Assembly: GCA_963748015.1 (NCBI GenBank)
Contig: CAVVHE010000008.1
Span: forward strand, 1-64,000
Direction: 5' to 3'
From: Terriglobia bacterium
GTDB lineage: Bacteria > Acidobacteriota > Polarisedimenticolia > Polarisedimenticolales > JAIQFR01
Length of the DNA stretch: 64,000 bases
The notes beneath the pieces were generated by a model. That model made no database searches, was not told where the DNA came from, and saw only the letters and a list, made by a program, of their open reading frames with translations. Shown here in pieces: positions 37,633 through 49,152 of this stretch; the stretch's first letter is position 1; each line of letters opens with the position of its first letter. A program made the position numbers and the translations under genes.

Positions 37633-39048
37633 CTACTTCGACGTCTTCGGCGGGGCCGGCGCCGGCTCGAGCCTGGGCAACGGCTCGGCCGCATCGGCGA
37701 GGCCGTAGGCCACGACGGCGAGCGCGGCGGCGCACGACTCGAGCTCTTGCGGGTCCACCTTGTCCAGGGTGTCCGCCGCGGTGTGGTGGTAGTCGAAGTA
37801 GTGCAAGGTGTCGTTGCGCAGGCCGAGCATGGGGACGCGGGCGTCGCGCATCGGCGAGATGTCGGCCCCTCCGCCTCCCTTCGAGATCTCGGTGACCCCG
37901 AGCGCCGCGAGGGGTGCCGCGATCCTCGCCACCGCCTCGAGGCCGCCCGGACCGGCGCTCACCCCGAACCCGGTGGGGCGCGAGCCGCCGCTGTCGGCCT
38001 CGATGGCGGCGACGTGGCGGCCGAGCTCGTCGCGGTGCGCCTCGGCGTACGCGCGCCCGCCGCGCAGCCCGTTCTCCTCGTTGGCGAAGAGCACGGCGCG
38101 AATCGTGCGGCGGGGCCGGAGTCCCAGGGAATGGAGAAGGCGGATCGTCTCCATGGCCATCGCGCACCCCGCGCCGTCGTCGATCGCGCCGGTCCCGAGG
38201 TCCCACGAATCCAGGTGGCCCCCGATCACGACGACCTCGTCCGGGCGCTCGCGTCCCCGGATCTCCGCGAGAACGTTGGCCGATTCGACGTCGGGCAGCG
38301 TGCGCGGGCCCAGCGTGTACCGGACCCGGACGGTCTCGCCCGCGGCCAGGAAGCGGTGCACGAGGTCGGCGTCTTCCTCGCTGATCGCCGCGTAGGGGAT
38401 CCGCCTGACGCCCTCCTCGTACTCGGTCATGCCGGTGTGGGGGAGCCGGAACGCGGCCGTGCCGAGGGACCGGATGAGCGCGCCGGCCGCGCCGAGCTTG
38501 GCCGCCTCGATGGCCCCGCGGTGCCGGAGGTTCGAGCCGGCGCCGTACCCGTGCGCCTCCCCGCCGTTGGGCAGGATGCGGAGGTTGTAGAGCACGATCT
38601 TCCCCGGAACCCGTCCCGCCGCCGCCTTCAGCTCGTCGAAGCTCGACACCTCGACGACCTCCGCGGCGATACCCCCCTCCGGCGTCGGATCGCTCATGCC
38701 GAGCGCCGTGATGGCCATGGGCGCGGAGACCGGCGAGAGGATCGCCCCCGTCTCGATCCCGCGAACCCAGTGCGGGACCATGACCTTCTCGGTCCACGCG
38801 CGGTCGGCGCCGTCCCGCGCAAGCTGTTCGACCGCCCACTTGACGGCGGCCTCGTAGCCGGGCGAGCCGCTCAGGCGCGGTCCGATCCGGTCGGTGAGCC
38901 AGGCCAGCCTCGCGTGCGCCTGCCCCCCGGCCGCGGCAGCGGCCAGGATCCGCGTCGCGGCATCGCCGTCCTCGGCGCGCGGGAGCGCGCCGTGGAGAGA
39001 GAGGAGGACGAAGACGAGGAGCGCCGCCGCGATCCGATGTTTGGACAT
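37633..39048 (-). CDS. Secreted M28 family peptidase (carboxypeptidase Q-like)
   Basis: IGPRLSGS, GGHLDSWDLGTGAIDDGAG, ANEENGL, YFDYHHTAADT. Confidence 0.9.
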   Translation of the reverse strand: MSKHRIAAALLVFVLLSLHGALPRAEDGDAATRILAAAAAGGQAHARLAWLTDRIGPRLSGSPGYEAAVKWAVEQLARDGADRAWTEKVMVPHWVRGIETGAILSPVSAPMAITALGMSDPTPEGGIAAEVVEVSSFDELKAAAGRVPGKIVLYNLRILPNGGEAHGYGAGSNLRHRGAIEAAKLGAAGALIRSLGTAAFRLPHTGMTEYEEGVRRIPYAAISEEDADLVHRFLAAGETVRVRYTLGPRTLPDVESANVLAEIRGRERPDEVVVIGGHLDSWDLGTGAIDDGAGCAMAMETIRLLHSLGLRPRRTIRAVLFANEENGLRGGRAYAEAHRDELGRHVAAIEADSGGSRPTGFGVSAGPGGLEAVARIAAPLAALGVTEISKGGGGADISPMRDARVPMLGLRNDTLHYFDYHHTAADTLDKVDPQELESCAAALAVVAYGLADAAEPLPRLEPAPAPPKTSK

Positions 39049-39103
39049 GGCACGATTATGGGGAATGCCGCGCCTTTCCACCAATCCCCACCAAGGGAAC
39101 GGG

Positions 39104-39892
39104 CTAGCCGCGGGCGACCCGCCTGACGATCTTGTCGCGGAGCACCGCGTTCAGCGACGGGCGGGCGAGCAACTTCTTGAGGGCCGGCCCTTGCAGGCCC
39201 GCGATGATGCGCTCGGCGAGCGGATAGGGAGCGTGCGGGTGGGTGGCGATCAGGATCCGGATCTCCTCGTCCTTCGACCAGCGCGGATCCGCCGCGATCA
39301 GCTCCAGCGTGGACGCCGGCAGGTGGATGACCGCGAGGAGCGTTCGAACCTCGGCGAGCAGGATGTTGGGGTTCCTCGCCAGCGACTCGAGCACGGCGGA
39401 ATGGGTGTCCTGGCGCAGGTACTCCCGCTCGCGGGGGCCCGCACGCGCGGCGAGCCCGATCCGGTGGGCGAGGGGGACCGACTCGAGCGCCTTGCGAATC
39501 TCGTGCGGGGGAGAACCGGGGCGCAGCGCCTCGAGAGGAGCCGGCGCCATCCCTTCCATCACCCGCGCGAGCAGCATCTCCAGCTTTTCCTTCTGGTCGA
39601 GGTCGAGCGCGAGGAACTCGACCGCCAGCCGGAGCTCGCCGCCCTCGTCCCCCTCTTCGATTCTCGCGACGCGCCCGATGAACCGCTGCTCCAGGCCGCC
39701 GACCGGCGTACGGATCGCGAATTCGATCTCCTGGCCCGAAGGGGCAGGAAACGCACCCACCAGGAGCACGCCCGTCCGGCTGAGGTTGTGCGCCCGGCAG
39801 GCAAGCTCCTCGTCCCCGGCGAAGAGCGCGGCCGGCAGCCCGGCCTGGAACCGGAACCCCCTGGAGGTGGTGCTGCTCGAATCGGGGCGCAT
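39104..39892 (-). CDS. PilZ-domain protein with helical C-terminal domain
   Basis: NLSRTG motif, GRVARI...LAVEF beta-barrel pattern; C-terminal LARNPN...HPHAP helical repeats. Confidence 0.7.
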   Translation of the reverse strand: MRPDSSSTTSRGFRFQAGLPAALFAGDEELACRAHNLSRTGVLLVGAFPAPSGQEIEFAIRTPVGGLEQRFIGRVARIEEGDEGGELRLAVEFLALDLDQKEKLEMLLARVMEGMAPAPLEALRPGSPPHEIRKALESVPLAHRIGLAARAGPREREYLRQDTHSAVLESLARNPNILLAEVRTLLAVIHLPASTLELIAADPRWSKDEEIRILIATHPHAPYPLAERIIAGLQGPALKKLLARPSLNAVLRDKIVRRVARG

Positions 39893-40031
39893 CGTGGTAT
39901 CCTCGTGTCGCTTGGGAGCCCGAATACCAGCGGTTGGGAGCGAGAGAATCGTATTTCGACGGCGGTCTGCTGTCAACGATCGATGTCGCGGACATCGCTA
40001 GGGTAGATCCCAGCCATGGCGGATCATTAGG

Positions 40032-40077
40032 GCACCCTAGTCCACCCATTTGTTTGGGTGGTTTTGGGTGCTACAAT
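40032..40077 (+). promoter_or_regulatory. Operator-like palindrome abutting a -10 box upstream of the Fic gene
   Basis: GCACCC-TAGT-CCACCCA-N6-TGGGTGG-TTTT-GGGTGC (40032-40071), immediately followed by TACAAT (40072-40077); ATG at 40086. Confidence 0.6.
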
Positions 40078-40085
40078 GAGGTCAC

Positions 40086-41186
40086 ATGGAACTCAAGATC
40101 CAGGTAACGCCGGAAGTCCTGAACGTCGTCTCCAGACTCGATCATTTTCGAGGGATATGGGCGGCGGGAACCCTGATACCGCCGGATCGGCTCACCCGGC
40201 TCAAGGAGGCCACGAGGATCCGTAGCGTGGCGGCCTCCTCGCGAATGTCGGGGGTCCGGGTCACCGACACCGAGGTCGCGGGCCTCCTTCGGGGGGATGC
40301 CCCGCCGGTTCGGGAGGGTAAGGAAGTCCTCGGCTACGCCGAGGCGCTCGACCGCCCGTTCCCGTCCGACGGCCCGCTCGTCACGCCCGAGGAGATCCGC
40401 AAGCTGCACGCCGTGCTGCTCGGCGTCCGGGAGAACCCCGAGTCTCCGAGCGCGTGGCGCACGGAGGTCCTCCACCTCGAGGCGTTCGACGCCGAGGGCC
40501 GGGCGATCGGGCGGGTCTTCCAGACGCTGCCGCCGCGACTCATCGCGGAGAAGATGGATGACCTCTCGACGTGGCTGGAGCTCGAGCTCCGGAGCGGCGA
40601 GCACCACGCGCTCCTCGTCATCTCGTCGTTCATGCTCGCCTTCCTGGCGATCAGCCCGTTCTCCCGCGGGAACGGAAGGATGGGCCGCCTGCTGGGGGTC
40701 CACCTGCTCCGGCGGGCCGGGTACGACTACGTCTCGTACGCGAGCCTCGAGAGCGTCATGGAGGAGATGCGCGACGCCTATCACGACGCGTTCGACGCCG
40801 CCGAGACGCGGATCTGGGCGGGAGAGGCCGACCTGTCCCCTTGGATCCGTTTCTTCCTGGAAGCGATGGACCGGCACCGGGAGCGCGTGGACTCGAAGGT
40901 CGATCTCGAGCGCCGCTCCCTCGACCTGACGCCGCTGCAGCGAGCCATCCTCGACGCGGTCCGGGAGCATGGCACCGTGGCGGCTTCCCTCCTCATGGCG
41001 GCGACCGGCGCGAACCGCAACACCCTGAAGGACAACCTGCGCCGCCTCGTCGAGCGCGGGCTGATCGAGCGCATGGGAGAGCGGCGCGGCTCCATCTACC
41101 GCCTTTCGAGCGGCGACCCGGCGGCGCGTCCGCGCGACCCCGTCGCCGCGCGCCCAGGCGTGCTCGAGACCGCTTCGGACTCCTGA
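40086..41186 (+). CDS. Fic-family protein with degenerate active site and C-terminal winged HTH
   Basis: ISPFSRGNGRMGR versus canonical HPFx(D/E)GNGRxxR; C-terminal NRNTLKDNLRRLVERGLIERMGERRGSIY. Confidence 0.85.
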   Translation: MELKIQVTPEVLNVVSRLDHFRGIWAAGTLIPPDRLTRLKEATRIRSVAASSRMSGVRVTDTEVAGLLRGDAPPVREGKEVLGYAEALDRPFPSDGPLVTPEEIRKLHAVLLGVRENPESPSAWRTEVLHLEAFDAEGRAIGRVFQTLPPRLIAEKMDDLSTWLELELRSGEHHALLVISSFMLAFLAISPFSRGNGRMGRLLGVHLLRRAGYDYVSYASLESVMEEMRDAYHDAFDAAETRIWAGEADLSPWIRFFLEAMDRHRERVDSKVDLERRSLDLTPLQRAILDAVREHGTVAASLLMAATGANRNTLKDNLRRLVERGLIERMGERRGSIYRLSSGDPAARPRDPVAARPGVLETASDS

Positions 41187-41356
41187 CCCGGCTCCCGGAA
41201 CGCCCGTCGGTCGCGAAGGGCCCCCCGCTCGGGGGGCGCCCGCCGGCCCTCGCGGCGCGAGACGGGGGTTCGTCCCCGCGCGCTTGCGTTTCCGGGCTCG
41301 GCGGGGATACACTCCTCATTTAGTCCTGATTCGACAACGAACGAGGAGGTGGCTCC

Positions 41357-42445
41357 GTGACCCACCCGCTGCGTCTCAAGAGGGTGCATCACATCGAGCT
41401 GATCGTCGGCAACGCGCTCCAGGCGGCGTACTTCTACCGGAAGGCGTTCGGCTTCGGCCAGATCGCGTACATGGGGCCGGAAACGGGGACCCGCGGAAGG
41501 GCGTCGTACGTCGTCGGGAACGACAAGATACGCCTGGTCCTCACGTCGCCGCTGTCCCACGAGGACCCGCGCAACGTCTTCCTCACGCTCCACGGCGACA
41601 GCGTCAAGGATCTCGCCTTCGAGGTGGACGACGCGGACGCGGCGTACCGCGAGGTCGTCTCGCGCGGTGCCGAGACGGTGATGCCGCCCACCGAGTTCAA
41701 GGATCGCGACGGGTCGGTGACCGTCTTCGCGATCAAGACCTACGGCGACACGATCCACTCCTTCGTGGCCAGGAACGGGTACGGCGGGGTGTTCCTCCCC
41801 GGGTACCGGGACGTGGAGCGCAAGGGAGCGGACACGGGGCTCCTGGTCGTGGACCACGTGGTGGGGAACGTAGAGGACCGGCAGATGGACCGCTGGGCGG
41901 ACTGGTACATCCGCACGCTCGGCTTCCACCAGTTCGTCTCGTACGACGACAAGGACATCTCCACCGAGTACTCGGCCCTCCGGAGCAAGGTGATGGCGAG
42001 CTCGCCCGACCGGCGGATCAAGATGCCGATCAACGAGCCGGCCACCGGCCTCAAGAAGAGCCAGATCCAGGAGTACCTCGATTTCAATGTCACCGCGGGG
42101 GTCCAGCACGTCGCGCTCCTGACCGACGACATCGTCGCGACGGTGACGCGCCTCAGGGAGAACGGCCTCGACTTCCTCCACGTTCCCGAGTCGTACTACG
42201 ACACGATCTGGGACCGGGTCGGGGAGATCGGCGAGGACCGCGAGGCGATCCGGAAGCTCGGCATCCTCGTGGACCGCGACGAGACCGGCTACCTGCTGCA
42301 GCTCTTCACGAAGCCGATCCAGGACCGGCCGACGCTCTTCTTCGAGGTGATCGAGCGCCACGGCTGCCAGAGCTTCGGCAAGGGGAACTTCAAGGCGCTG
42401 TTCGAGTCCATCGAGCGCGAGCAGGCGCGCCGCGGCAACCTCTGA
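41357..42445 (+). CDS. hppD: 4-hydroxyphenylpyruvate dioxygenase
   Basis: DHVVGNV, KMPINEPA, KSQIQEYL, GVQHVAL, GYLLQLFT, FFEVIER, FGKGNFKALFESIEREQARRGNL. Confidence 0.96.
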   Translation: MTHPLRLKRVHHIELIVGNALQAAYFYRKAFGFGQIAYMGPETGTRGRASYVVGNDKIRLVLTSPLSHEDPRNVFLTLHGDSVKDLAFEVDDADAAYREVVSRGAETVMPPTEFKDRDGSVTVFAIKTYGDTIHSFVARNGYGGVFLPGYRDVERKGADTGLLVVDHVVGNVEDRQMDRWADWYIRTLGFHQFVSYDDKDISTEYSALRSKVMASSPDRRIKMPINEPATGLKKSQIQEYLDFNVTAGVQHVALLTDDIVATVTRLRENGLDFLHVPESYYDTIWDRVGEIGEDREAIRKLGILVDRDETGYLLQLFTKPIQDRPTLFFEVIERHGCQSFGKGNFKALFESIEREQARRGNL

Positions 42446-42455
42446 GGGTCACGCC

Positions 42456-43617
42456 ATGCCGTTCTACCACAGGCTCGGAAACGTCCCGCACAAGCGCCAC
42501 ACCGTCTTCCCCAAGGAAGGCGGCGGGATGTACTACGAGCACCTGATGGGGAACCTGGGCTTCACCGGGCTCCAGTCGCTGCTCTACCACGTGCGGCGCC
42601 CCACGGTCGTGCTCGAGGCGAAGTGCCTCGGGGAGATCCGCTGGGCTCCCGATCCCGACGCCACGCTTCGCATGCGCCACTTCTTCACCCACCGCCTGCC
42701 GCCGGCCGGGCCGGACGCGGCGACCGACAGGCTCCCGCTGCTGTTCAACCGGGACGTCGCGGTCTCCCTCGCGAGGCCGTCGGCTCCGCTCGGGGCGTTC
42801 TACCGGAACGCCCAGGGGGACGAGCTCGTCTACGTCGCCGAGGGGGGCGGCGTCCTGGAGTCGCAGTTCGGCGAGCTGCCGTTCCGCAAGGGGGACTACG
42901 TCGTCATCCCGAGGGGAATCTTGCACCGCTGGCGCTTGGCGCCGGTCGGGCAGATCTTCCTGGTGATCGAGAGCGAGGGGTACGTCAGGACCCCGCGGCG
43001 CTACCGCAACGCGCACGGACAGCTCCTCGAGCACAGCCCGTTCTGCGAGCGGGACATCCGAGTTCCCGGGGCGCTTCCCGTCCACGACGAGACCGGCGAG
43101 TTCCCGGTCCTGGTCAAGAAGGGGAACGCGCTGCACCGCGTCGTGCTCGGCCACCACCCGTTCGACGTCGTCGGCTGGGACGGGTGCTACTACCCCTGGG
43201 CCTTCAACATCGAGGACTTCGAGCCGATCACCGGCCGCGTCCACCAGCCCCCGCCGGTCCACCAGACCTTCGAGAGCGAGGGGTTCGTGATCTGCTCGTA
43301 CGTGCCCAGGCTCTACGACTACCACCCGCTGTCCGTCCCCGCCCCCTACAACCACTCGAACGTCGCCTCGGACGAGATGCTCTACTACTGCAACGAGGAG
43401 TTCATGAGCCGGAAGGGGATCGAGTACGGCTCGGTCACGCTCCACCCCGACGGGCTCCCGCACGGCCCGCAGCCCGGCAAGGCCGAGGAGTCGGTCGGAA
43501 AGACCGCGACCAACGAGCTGGCGGTCATGGTGGACACCTTCGCGCCCTTTGACCGTCGCGGCGGCGGCGCTCCCGAGCGAGGACGCGTCGTACGGCCGGT
43601 CGTGGCTCGAGCCATGA
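42456..43617 (+). CDS. hmgA: Homogentisate 1,2-dioxygenase (one extra T near 43548-43550 shifts the last ~22 codons)
   Basis: MPFYHRLG, HSPFCERD, HPFDVVGWDG, HQPPPVHQTF, PYNHSN, HGPQPG, ELAVMVDTF. The +1 frame gives the expected ending LTVAAAALPSEDASYGRSWLEP*. Confidence 0.92.
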
Positions 43618-44594
43618 CTTCCACGGAAACGAGCGCCGCATTCCGCGCGTTCATGAGCGGCCTGATCGATTACGCGGGGCTGTTCCCGCCCGCGCGCCTC
43701 GAGCTCGGGCCCGCCGTGGACGAGTACGTCCGGCACCTCGGCGAGCCCGAGAGCTTCATGCTCGGCCGCTTCATCATCCCCTCCGCGCGCGCCGGCGAGC
43801 TCCTCGACCGGCTCCCGGACCCGGCGGCGGGACGGCCGTTCCGTCTCGCGGTTCTCGCGGGGGGCGGCCCGACGGAGCGGGAGGCGCTCAACCTCATCCG
43901 ATCCGAGGCGACGGCGCTGCGCGCGCTCGTCGAGGCCCGCCCCGGCAAGGCGGCCGTCGAGGCGATCGAGACGCGCCTCCCCAGGGAGACGGTGGACGCC
44001 GCGGACGCCGAGCGCGTGCGCGACTACGTGGACGACTTCCGCGCCGTGCTCGCCGGCGCCGGCCTCCGGGGGATCCCGGTCTTCTTCGAGGCCGCGCAGG
44101 GCGCGCGGTGGCGCGAGACCGACCGTGACGCGGTGGTGGGGCTCGCCGACGCGGGGGCGGCGGATCCCTGGCCGCACCCGGGGTTCAAGCTGCGCTGCGG
44201 CGGGCCCGAGCCAGCGGACGTGCCGCCGCCCGAACGGGTCGCGCGCGCGATCGCGGAGTGCCGCGACCGCGGCGTGCCCTTGAAGTGCACGGCGGGGCTG
44301 CACCAGCCGATGCGGCGCGCGGGCGGAGGGCCGGAGCGTCACGGGTTCCTGAACGTCTTCGCCGCAGCGGTCCTCGCGTCGGCGCGCCGTCTCGCCGAAG
44401 CGGAGATCGAGGCCTGCGTGCGCGAGGAGGAGCCGTCGAGCTTCCGGCTCGACGAAGACGCGCTCTCGTGGCGCGGGCGCAGCGCTTCCGCCGCGGAGGT
44501 GGAGGAGGCGCGCAGGACGCTCGCGACCGGGTTCGGGAGCTGCTCCTTCGACGAGCCGCGTCAGGCGCTGCGCGACCTCGGCTTCCTGTGTTGA
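43614..44594 (+). CDS. Hypothetical protein between hmgA and fahA
   Basis: ATGA coupling with the corrected hmgA stop; motifs GLIDYAGLFPPA, FKLRCGG, KCTAGLHQP, HGFLNV, FGSCSFDEP. Confidence 0.8.
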   Translation: MTSTETSAAFRAFMSGLIDYAGLFPPARLELGPAVDEYVRHLGEPESFMLGRFIIPSARAGELLDRLPDPAAGRPFRLAVLAGGGPTEREALNLIRSEATALRALVEARPGKAAVEAIETRLPRETVDAADAERVRDYVDDFRAVLAGAGLRGIPVFFEAAQGARWRETDRDAVVGLADAGAADPWPHPGFKLRCGGPEPADVPPPERVARAIAECRDRGVPLKCTAGLHQPMRRAGGGPERHGFLNVFAAAVLASARRLAEAEIEACVREEEPSSFRLDEDALSWRGRSASAAEVEEARRTLATGFGSCSFDEPRQALRDLGFLC

Positions 44595-44625
44595 ACGGGC
44601 TCAGAGACAGCATGGAAAGGGCACC

Positions 44626-45906
44626 ATGGATCCCACCCACGATCCCGGCTTGAAGTCCTTCGTCGAGGTCCCGGACGGCTCCCACTTCCCGATCCAGAAT
44701 CTCCCCTACGGCGTGTTCCGTCCGCGCGAGGGCGGCGCCCGGCCGGGCATCCGGATCGGCGACCTCGTGCTCGACCTTCGCGGGCTCGAGGAGGCCGGCG
44801 GCTTCGACGGGTGCGCGCACCTGCCCCGCGGCACCTTCGCCGTGCCCGAGCTCAACCCGCTCTTGGCACTCGGACGCCCCGCGTGGCGGGAGGCGCGCGA
44901 GAGGCTGTCGCGCCTGCTCCGAGCGGACGAGCCGGGGCTGCGAGACGACGGGCCGCTGCGCGATCGCCTGTTCTTCCCGGCCGCGGCCGTCGAGATGCTC
45001 CTCCCCGCGCGGATAGGCGACTACACCGACTTCTACTCGTCGAGGGAGCACGCGACCAACGTCGGGATCATGTTTCGCGGGAAGGACAACGCCCTGATGC
45101 CGAACTGGCTCCACCTTCCCGTCGGCTACCACGGCCGCGCGAGCTCCATCGTGCCGAGCGGCGCGCCGATCCGCCGCCCGCGCGGGCAGGTCAAGGCCGA
45201 CGAGGATCCCGCGCCTTCGCTCGTCGCGTCGCGGCAGCTCGATTTCGAGCTCGAGGTGGGATTCCTCGTCGGGCCGGGGAACGAGCTGGGCCGCCCGATC
45301 CCATGCGCCTCCGCGCGCGAGCACGTTTTCGGACTGGTCCTCGTGAACGACTGGAGCGCGCGGGACGTCCAGCGCTGGGAGTACCAGCCGCTCGGGCCGT
45401 TCAACTCCAAGAACTTCGCGACCACGATCTCGCCGTGGGTCGTGACGCTCGACGCGCTCGCGCCGTTCCGCTGCGCCGGGCCGAAGCAGGACCCCGAGCC
45501 GCTGCCGTACCTCCGCGACGAGGGGAACGGCACGTACGACATCCGTCTCGAGGTGCGCCTCCGCACGCGCGAGATGGAAGTACCCGCGACGATCTGCCGG
45601 AGCAACTTCCGGCACCTCTACTGGAGCGTCGCGCAGCAGCTCGCGCACCACACGATCACGGGCTGCAACGTGCGCCCGGGAGACCTGATGGCCTCCGGGA
45701 CGATCAGCGGCCCCGACGAGGGGAGCCGCGGCAGCATGCTGGAGCTCTCGTGGCGGGGGACGACCCCGGTACGGCTTCCCGGCGGCGCCTGCCGGAGCTT
45801 CCTCGAGGACGGCGACACGGTGGAGCTCGCCGGTTGGTGCGAGGGGGCCGGCTACCGGATCGGCTTCGGGGAGTGCTCGGGCACGGTGCTCCCCGTTCTT
45901 CCGTGA
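44626..45906 (+). CDS. fahA: Fumarylacetoacetase
   Basis: [65 protein letters not shown]. Confidence 0.96.
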   Translation: MDPTHDPGLKSFVEVPDGSHFPIQNLPYGVFRPREGGARPGIRIGDLVLDLRGLEEAGGFDGCAHLPRGTFAVPELNPLLALGRPAWREARERLSRLLRADEPGLRDDGPLRDRLFFPAAAVEMLLPARIGDYTDFYSSREHATNVGIMFRGKDNALMPNWLHLPVGYHGRASSIVPSGAPIRRPRGQVKADEDPAPSLVASRQLDFELEVGFLVGPGNELGRPIPCASAREHVFGLVLVNDWSARDVQRWEYQPLGPFNSKNFATTISPWVVTLDALAPFRCAGPKQDPEPLPYLRDEGNGTYDIRLEVRLRTREMEVPATICRSNFRHLYWSVAQQLAHHTITGCNVRPGDLMASGTISGPDEGSRGSMLELSWRGTTPVRLPGGACRSFLEDGDTVELAGWCEGAGYRIGFGECSGTVLPVLP

Positions 45907-45916
45907 GGGCTCCGCG

Positions 45917-47866
<1,950 letters not shown>

Positions 47867-47879
47867 GGGAGGAGGCACG

Positions 47880-48686
47880 ATGAAGCCGAACGACGAGCTC
47901 TCCGCGTACGAGAAGGCGGCCGAGACGGGGAACGACCCGCGCATCGTGCCGATCAAGCTCGACGGGCCGGTGCCGGAGGCGGACGCGATCCCCTACCCGG
48001 ACTATTCCGACGAGGACCAGGAGACCTGGCGGATCCTGTTCCGGAGGCAGAGCGAGCTGCTGCCGGGGCGCGCCTGCGAGGAGTACCTCGAGGGGCTCCG
48101 GATGATGAAGTTCCCCGTCGACCGTATCCCCACGCTGAAGGATGCCGGCCGTGTCCTCGAGAGGACGACCGGTTGGCAGATCGCGAGGATCCCCGGGCTG
48201 CTCCACGAGAAGGACTTTTTCGCGTTCCTCGCGAGGCGCGTGTTCCCCTCGACCGACTACATCCGCCCTCGCCACGAGCTGGACTACACCCCCGCGCCCG
48301 ACATGTTCCACGACCTGTTCGGCCACACGCCGATGATCACGCTCCCGGCGTTCGCCGACTTCTACCAGAGGATCGGCCAGGTGGCGCTCCGCGCCGAGGG
48401 GAAGAACCGGAGGCGCCTCGAGCGCTTCTACTGGTTCACCGTCGAGTTCGGCCTCATCCACACGGAAGGCGGCCTCCGGATCTACGGCAACGGCATCCTG
48501 TCGTCGTTCACCGAGGCCAAACACTCCCTGACGACCGCGGTCGAGGTGCGCTCGTTCGATCCCTCCGAGATCGTGGAGCAGGACTACGACGTCTGGCACC
48601 TCCAGCCGCTGCTCTACGCGATCGACTCGTTCGAGCAGCTTGCCGACGGATTCGACGCGTGGGCGAGGAGCGAGCGGCTGCTCTGA
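47880..48686 (+). CDS. phhA: Phenylalanine 4-monooxygenase
   Basis: YTPAPDMFHDLFGHTP, YWFTVEFGL, IYGNGILSS. Confidence 0.92.
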   Translation: MKPNDELSAYEKAAETGNDPRIVPIKLDGPVPEADAIPYPDYSDEDQETWRILFRRQSELLPGRACEEYLEGLRMMKFPVDRIPTLKDAGRVLERTTGWQIARIPGLLHEKDFFAFLARRVFPSTDYIRPRHELDYTPAPDMFHDLFGHTPMITLPAFADFYQRIGQVALRAEGKNRRRLERFYWFTVEFGLIHTEGGLRIYGNGILSSFTEAKHSLTTAVEVRSFDPSEIVEQDYDVWHLQPLLYAIDSFEQLADGFDAWARSERLL

Positions 48687-48761
48687 GACGCCGGGCGGGG
48701 TGAACGTCGAACGGGCCGGCGAGCCAGCGCCGCCTGCCGGCCGTGCGTCGCCCCCGACGGG

Positions 48762-48923
48762 TCAAGGGCAAGGAGGCGCGACCGTCCTCGGATTCCCGAA
48801 GCTGTTCGTGCCGAGCCCCTTCTCGCCAGCGCCCGTCGCGTGGCTCACCAGGTAGTGGAACCCCTTCTGGGGCGCGCTCGGCACGTCGGCGTCCGCGGAC
48901 AGGGTGTCGGTCAGGATCGCGTC
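48762..48923 (-). pseudogene. Orphan C-terminal remnant of a secreted protein
   Basis: Frame reads DAILTDTLSADADVPSAPQKGFHYLVSHATGAGEKGLGTNSFGNPRTVAPPCP*, with no start codon before TAG 49071-49073. Confidence 0.5.
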
Positions 48924-49079
48924 GCGGGCGCCGTCGAGCGCGACTGGAACTCGCGCGGCCCCGTGGGCACTCCCCAGATCGGAACGGACTCCGCGAGCGG
49001 CACCGACGCGACGTGCTTCGCGAGCTTCCCGTCGCGGCGGCCCATTTGGGTACGGGATTCGGCGTTTACGCTAAAGTTA

Positions 49080-49107
49080 TTGACCTGAAGCATAAGTTGC
49101 GTATATT
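49080..49107 (+). promoter_or_regulatory. Sigma70-like promoter of glnA
   Basis: TTGACC-N16-TATATT in an AT-rich island upstream of an AAGGAGG RBS. Confidence 0.55.
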
Positions 49108-49152
49108 TTATCCTCCGTGGACAAAATCCGGCTCAACACCAAGGAGGCCCCG

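Noticed and set aside
42456..44594. Apparent 712-aa HmgA fusion protein in the ORF track
   Set aside because: Removing one T at CCCTTTG (43545-43551) restores the normal HmgA C-terminus and an ATGA overlap. A homopolymer error is more likely than a real fusion or programmed frameshift; needs a read check.
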